DNA from: a bacterium
GTDB lineage: Bacteria; Patescibacteriota; Saccharimonadia; Saccharimonadales; UBA4665
Assembly: GCA_021781915.1 (NCBI GenBank)
Contig: JAJXVX010000001.1
Coordinates: forward strand, 1-50,331
Reading direction: 5' to 3'
DNA length: 50,331 nucleotides
Shown here: positions 46,677-50,331 of the stretch, piece after piece
How positions within the stretch are numbered: the stretch's first letter is position 1
Layout: every line of letters begins with the position of its first letter
Position numbers and translations under genes: made by a program
The notes under the pieces: model-generated
What the model was told of the DNA's origin: nothing
Seen by the model: the letters and a program-made list of their open reading frames with translations, nothing else
Database searches by the model: none

Positions 46677-47870
46677 TTAGTTTACAAATACTTCTTTTAA
46701 TAAATTGTCGGTTCTGACCTTAGCTATACCTGATATATATTCTAGTAGTCCACTGAAACTGAAATACTGATTAATCAGTTCTTTTTTCAAAGACTGTTGA
46801 GCGTTAGATAGACTACGATAGGCAAAATCTACTCCATTTATCATATCTCCGACTATATCCTTAACATTAAACGATACCGCTTGGTGGTGATTAACCTTAA
46901 GTAAATAATTTGTATCAGACCAGAAATCTAAGTTACTCAAATGAAGGATTTTGTTATCTAAACGAGTAAGTGGTGATTGCTGCTGTTCCAAATCAAGATC
47001 TTCTAGAATCGAGTTAAACATATTAATATCGCTAAACTTGGAAACAAACTTGTCTAAAAATTCATTAGGCAAAAGACTAGTGTCGCTCAACATAAAATTA
47101 TAAAAAACAGAAAAATCATCTCGGAATTTTACGAAATCTAACACTCTATCTTTTAAGACCCAAGTATTTATGATTTCGCCGACTTCAATTAAAAGTTTAA
47201 CTAAATTACCCTTACCGGCTAGAGCCTGATCGTTTAAATAAATTGTTGCTGATTTAAAATCGGCCATTACCGAAGTTTCAAATCGTGACTTAATATCTTT
47301 TTTAAATATAATCGGCGAGTAAGACAGGTCATTTATGCTAATGTTTTTAAGTTCACTACGGAGAGATTCTACAGTGCTTAAGGATTCGAATTTTTCAGCC
47401 GACAAATAAATCAATGACATCGGTTCTCGTTTGAACATTGACGATTTAGTGCGGTAGCCTAATGCTTTAACAGTTTTTTTTAGAGGTAATTGATTAAGTT
47501 TGGTTTTTAAAAAGCCGCCCCGTAACGAAAGTAAGTTCATGCCTTCAGTCGCCTGATTAAGTCTCAAGACTAGTCCATCAACTAAATTAGCCTCAGCCGA
47601 TATTCTGTTAGCAGCCAAATACCTAAGGTTGTGAGTTAAGCTATTTTCATCAATCTTCAATTTTTCTCTAAGTGCAAAATACAATTCTTCTGAGGTAGTG
47701 TCGTGTGGATCAAGGCCAAGCATCCTTAACTTTGATCTAATTAAATAACTCATTTTCTCGGTAAAATAGATGTCGTTATTGAATTTACCGCTAATCTGAT
47801 TAATCTTTAATATACCCTGATGAAAACTCGGGTGATGTTGTCCTAATGCAATTTTTAAGAATTTAGTCAT
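46677..47870 (-). CDS. Hypothetical protein (397 aa)
   Basis: Long ORF co-oriented with its neighbours, TGcTAAAAT upstream; no recognisable motif. Confidence 0.75.
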   Translation of the reverse strand: MTKFLKIALGQHHPSFHQGILKINQISGKFNNDIYFTEKMSYLIRSKLRMLGLDPHDTTSEELYFALREKLKIDENSLTHNLRYLAANRISAEANLVDGLVLRLNQATEGMNLLSLRGGFLKTKLNQLPLKKTVKALGYRTKSSMFKREPMSLIYLSAEKFESLSTVESLRSELKNISINDLSYSPIIFKKDIKSRFETSVMADFKSATIYLNDQALAGKGNLVKLLIEVGEIINTWVLKDRVLDFVKFRDDFSVFYNFMLSDTSLLPNEFLDKFVSKFSDINMFNSILEDLDLEQQQSPLTRLDNKILHLSNLDFWSDTNYLLKVNHHQAVSFNVKDIVGDMINGVDFAYRSLSNAQQSLKKELINQYFSFSGLLEYISGIAKVRTDNLLKEVFVN

Positions 47871-47937
47871 TTTTTATTTTTAGCTTACTATCTATATTTT
47901 AGCATAAGCACTCAAGTCCGACCTAAAGCAGATAAAC

Positions 47938-48942
47938 TTAAGACAGACGGCTCGGACGATACCAATCGGGTGATTCTCGGAGGTACTTAGTAATCTCTTC
48001 TTCACTCAGCAGACCTTCTTGTGCGCCGGTGTATTGTAAAACGTTCATTGAGTTAATCGGCGCCCACTGTAATGCGCCTTCAATTGAATTTCCTTTAATT
48101 AAAGCCGCCACAAAAGTTGAAGCAAAAGCGTCACCAGCACCTGTCCTATCCTTTGGAGCAGCGCGGTCAGGGTAGAGTGGCATTTGATATCGTTCATTAC
48201 CATTCGAAGCGTACGCACCGTGAGGTCCATCGGTTATAACGACTATTTTTGGACCAAGCTGATGTAACCGATTAAATAAATCATTCATATCCTCGTGATT
48301 TCCGCCTGAAACTAATACAGCTTCCTCTCGATTTAAAATCAAGACTTCGGTTTTTTCGTATATTCGTTTCAATCTTTCAACACCAAATTCCATCTGAAAA
48401 GTACCTGGTTGAAAAGCCATTTTAACTGATGGGTTTTTATCTAGCCAATCAGAGACTCGGTCATGAAAATCTAGTGCCTTATGACTAATCGAACTAAAAT
48501 AAACCCATTTTGGTGTCTCGGCTTCGGTTATTAATGGCCAGTGATAGGGGTAGTCTTCATGTTTGACTAGAATGGTTCTTTCTTCCTTATACCACAATAC
48601 ATAATGATAGTTGCTAGCCATGCCCGAGTTTATTTTAACGAACCGGGTATCAACTTTGTTTTTCTCAAGAGAAGCTATCATGTCACGACCATGCGAATCA
48701 TCGCCAACGTTAGCAACAAAAGATGAGTTTAAGCCGAGGCGAGCAAATGCAACGGCAGCATTAGCTGAATTACCGACCGCTTCAATTATTTCAGCGTGAT
48801 CATAAGGTAATTTGGTACCAAATTCCATGGTAATAAGTTGCTTACCTTCACTATCACTAATTGTTGCTTCACTATCTATTAGTTTAATAAAGGCGTCAGT
48901 TACGATATCGCCTATACTTATAACATCTATTTGATTGTTCAA
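47938..48942 (-). CDS. PfkB family carbohydrate kinase
   Basis: GNSANAAVAFARLG, NREEA, VITDGPHG and DRTGAGDAF motifs; TTG start with SD AGGGGG. Confidence 0.92.
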   Translation of the reverse strand: MNNQIDVISIGDIVTDAFIKLIDSEATISDSEGKQLITMEFGTKLPYDHAEIIEAVGNSANAAVAFARLGLNSSFVANVGDDSHGRDMIASLEKNKVDTRFVKINSGMASNYHYVLWYKEERTILVKHEDYPYHWPLITEAETPKWVYFSSISHKALDFHDRVSDWLDKNPSVKMAFQPGTFQMEFGVERLKRIYEKTEVLILNREEAVLVSGGNHEDMNDLFNRLHQLGPKIVVITDGPHGAYASNGNERYQMPLYPDRAAPKDRTGAGDAFASTFVAALIKGNSIEGALQWAPINSMNVLQYTGAQEGLLSEEEITKYLRESPDWYRPSRLS

Positions 48943-48978
48943 TTTGCCCCCCTGTTTTTATTTAACTAGTCGTTATCT

Positions 48979-49893
48979 CTAATATATCGCTTTTCCAGAA
49001 GAATTAAAATCTTCAATTTTACTCTCAACTACTGCTTGAACTGCTGGAATGACGGAATTTTTAATCAATTTGGCGACTGAATATTCGTCTTTATTCTCGG
49101 CTAGTATCTTTTCTAGAGTCGTCCTGTAGGCATACCTCATGTCGGAATTAATATTAACTTTAGATACTCCAATCGCTACGGCATCTCTAAAATAATGCCC
49201 CGGGGTATCTGACCCACCGTGAAGAGATATATTGCAATCGATGGCATTTCGAATTTCTTTTAATAAATCTAAGTCTAAGATTTTAGGAACAGGATACTTA
49301 CCGTGGAGGTTACCTATTGCCGCCGCGAACGTGTCGATACCAGTAGCTTCTACGAAATGTCTAGCTCCATCTGGCGTTGAAAAAGTTTTCTTAATCTCAT
49401 CATAATCAATTGTTTCGGAATGCAAATTCGAACTACCGCCGAAATAATGAGGTTCACTTTCAACTAGTGCGCCGGTTAGTCTTGCATATTCGACAATTTC
49501 TTTAGTAGAAGCAATGATGTCTTCATCGCTGGCGTCATGGTTGGCTTGAGAGACATCAATATGGATAAATTCAAAACCGGCCTCAATACCTAGCTTTGCT
49601 GCTTCAACTGATGGGCTATGATCTAGATTAATATAGACTTCGGCCTGATACTCAGCTTTTAAGTTATCTACCATATCCCGTACAGTATCTAAGCCGATAT
49701 CATCTACCTCACCTTGACTAACTTCGACCAAAACCGGTGCCTTTTTATTAGCTGCTGCTGCTAAAACCGCCCTAAGAGTCGCTTCGTCGTCTAGGTTGAA
49801 TGCTCCGAAAGCCCAGTGTTCATATCTTGCCTGATTCATTCTTTCTCTGGCTTTATAACAGTTGAGTTTAATTTGCCTAAGACTTATGGCCAT
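48979..49893 (-). CDS. fba: Class II fructose-bisphosphate aldolase
   Basis: GAFN, NLDH, IGNLHGKY, LHGGS and KVNINSD motifs. Confidence 0.92.
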   Translation of the reverse strand: MAISLRQIKLNCYKARERMNQARYEHWAFGAFNLDDEATLRAVLAAAANKKAPVLVEVSQGEVDDIGLDTVRDMVDNLKAEYQAEVYINLDHSPSVEAAKLGIEAGFEFIHIDVSQANHDASDEDIIASTKEIVEYARLTGALVESEPHYFGGSSNLHSETIDYDEIKKTFSTPDGARHFVEATGIDTFAAAIGNLHGKYPVPKILDLDLLKEIRNAIDCNISLHGGSDTPGHYFRDAVAIGVSKVNINSDMRYAYRTTLEKILAENKDEYSVAKLIKNSVIPAVQAVVESKIEDFNSSGKAIY

Positions 49894-50329
49894 TATTTTT
49901 CCTTTCCATAATATGATGGACGGCTAAACGAATATGTTCAGCATCAAGCCCAAAATGTTTTAATAATTCGTTAGGGTTACCGGACTCTCCAAAACGATCT
50001 TTAATGCCAATTCGGTGAAGCGGAATGGGAAGATTTTCGCCGATTAACTCAGCAATAGCTCCACCGAGACCGCCATTAATTTGTCCTTCTTCAATTGTGA
50101 CAACCGCACCCGTCTTAGACAGACTTTGTAAAATCGTCTTTGTATCTAAGGGTTTTATAGTCGGTACATGGACGACTTCCAAGTCAATTCCATCTTTGTA
50201 GAGCAAGTCAACAGCAAGTAAAGCTTGAAATGTCATTGATCCAGTCGAAACAACAGTTACATCACTGCCCTTTTCAAAAACATAGGCTTTACCAATTTCA
50301 AACGGAGTTTTATCGGTCGTAAATATACC
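49877..50329 (-). CDS. Transketolase C-terminal subunit/domain (partial; begins beyond the right edge)
   Basis: Frame stays open to the window end (..PFEIGKA..GSDVTVVSTGSM); TIKPLD, TIEE..GGLG and DRFGESG motifs. Confidence 0.9.
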   Translation of the reverse strand, partial: GIFTTDKTPFEIGKAYVFEKGSDVTVVSTGSMTFQALLAVDLLYKDGIDLEVVHVPTIKPLDTKTILQSLSKTGAVVTIEEGQINGGLGGAIAELIGENLPIPLHRIGIKDRFGESGNPNELLKHFGLDAEHIRLAVHHIMERKNNGHKS

Positions 50330-50331
50330 GG

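Noticed and set aside
47905..47913. TAAGCACTC, resembling a CIRCE half-site
   Set aside because: No matching second arm at 9-bp spacing.
110..48799. Numerous 60-135 aa ORFs antisense or out of frame within housekeeping genes (e.g. 11661-12059, 19195-19464, 23050-23394, 43912-44319)
   Set aside because: Shadow ORFs with Ser/Ile/Phe-rich mirror composition, fully or largely nested in conserved genes.
1..50331. CRISPR array, prophage/IS, rRNA, or stop-codon reassignment
   Set aside because: No spaced repeats, integrase or transposase seen; the tRNA has no att duplication; genes are full length under code 11 and TGA is used as a stop.

Overview
AT-rich, very compact bacterial core-genome segment (standard code 11). 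About 85% of the genes lie on the minus strand. It most likely comes from a CPR/Patescibacteria organism, probably Saccharibacteria; this is inferred from gene content and protein style only. Gene order from left to right: fusA(partial)-rpsG-rpsL, rpoC-rpoB, orphan ORF, clpP-tig, hisS-tRNA-Leu(UAG), rsmD, a PLC/P1-nuclease-like gene, recG, SAM methyltransferase, tyrS, class A PBP, radA, HExxH membrane protein, clpC, nusA, pepN, rnhB-rplS, PilB/GspE ATPase, TrmH-family gene, CAP-like protein, dnaE, small membrane protein, galU, gatB-X-gatA-gatC, uvrB, LOG/SLOG protein, hypothetical, pfkB-fba-transketolase(partial). I found no mobile elements, CRISPR arrays or rRNA. The striking signals lie inside housekeeping genes and intergenic spacers. 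(1) The RNA polymerase has a rewritten trigger loop, bridge helix, F-loop and beta link region, has lost both beta' zinc sites, and carries Thr at the rifampicin-pocket His. (2) EF-G has both guanine-specificity motifs (G4, G5) replaced. (3) Promoter architecture is widely leaderless. (4) Twin CIRCE operators with an embedded -35 precede clpP and clpC. (5) Structured leaders precede rpsL, rpoB and nusA. (6) An unannotated trinuclear-Zn PLC/P1-nuclease-fold gene sits between recG and rsmD. Motif comparisons are by eye against remembered consensus sequences; no searches were run.
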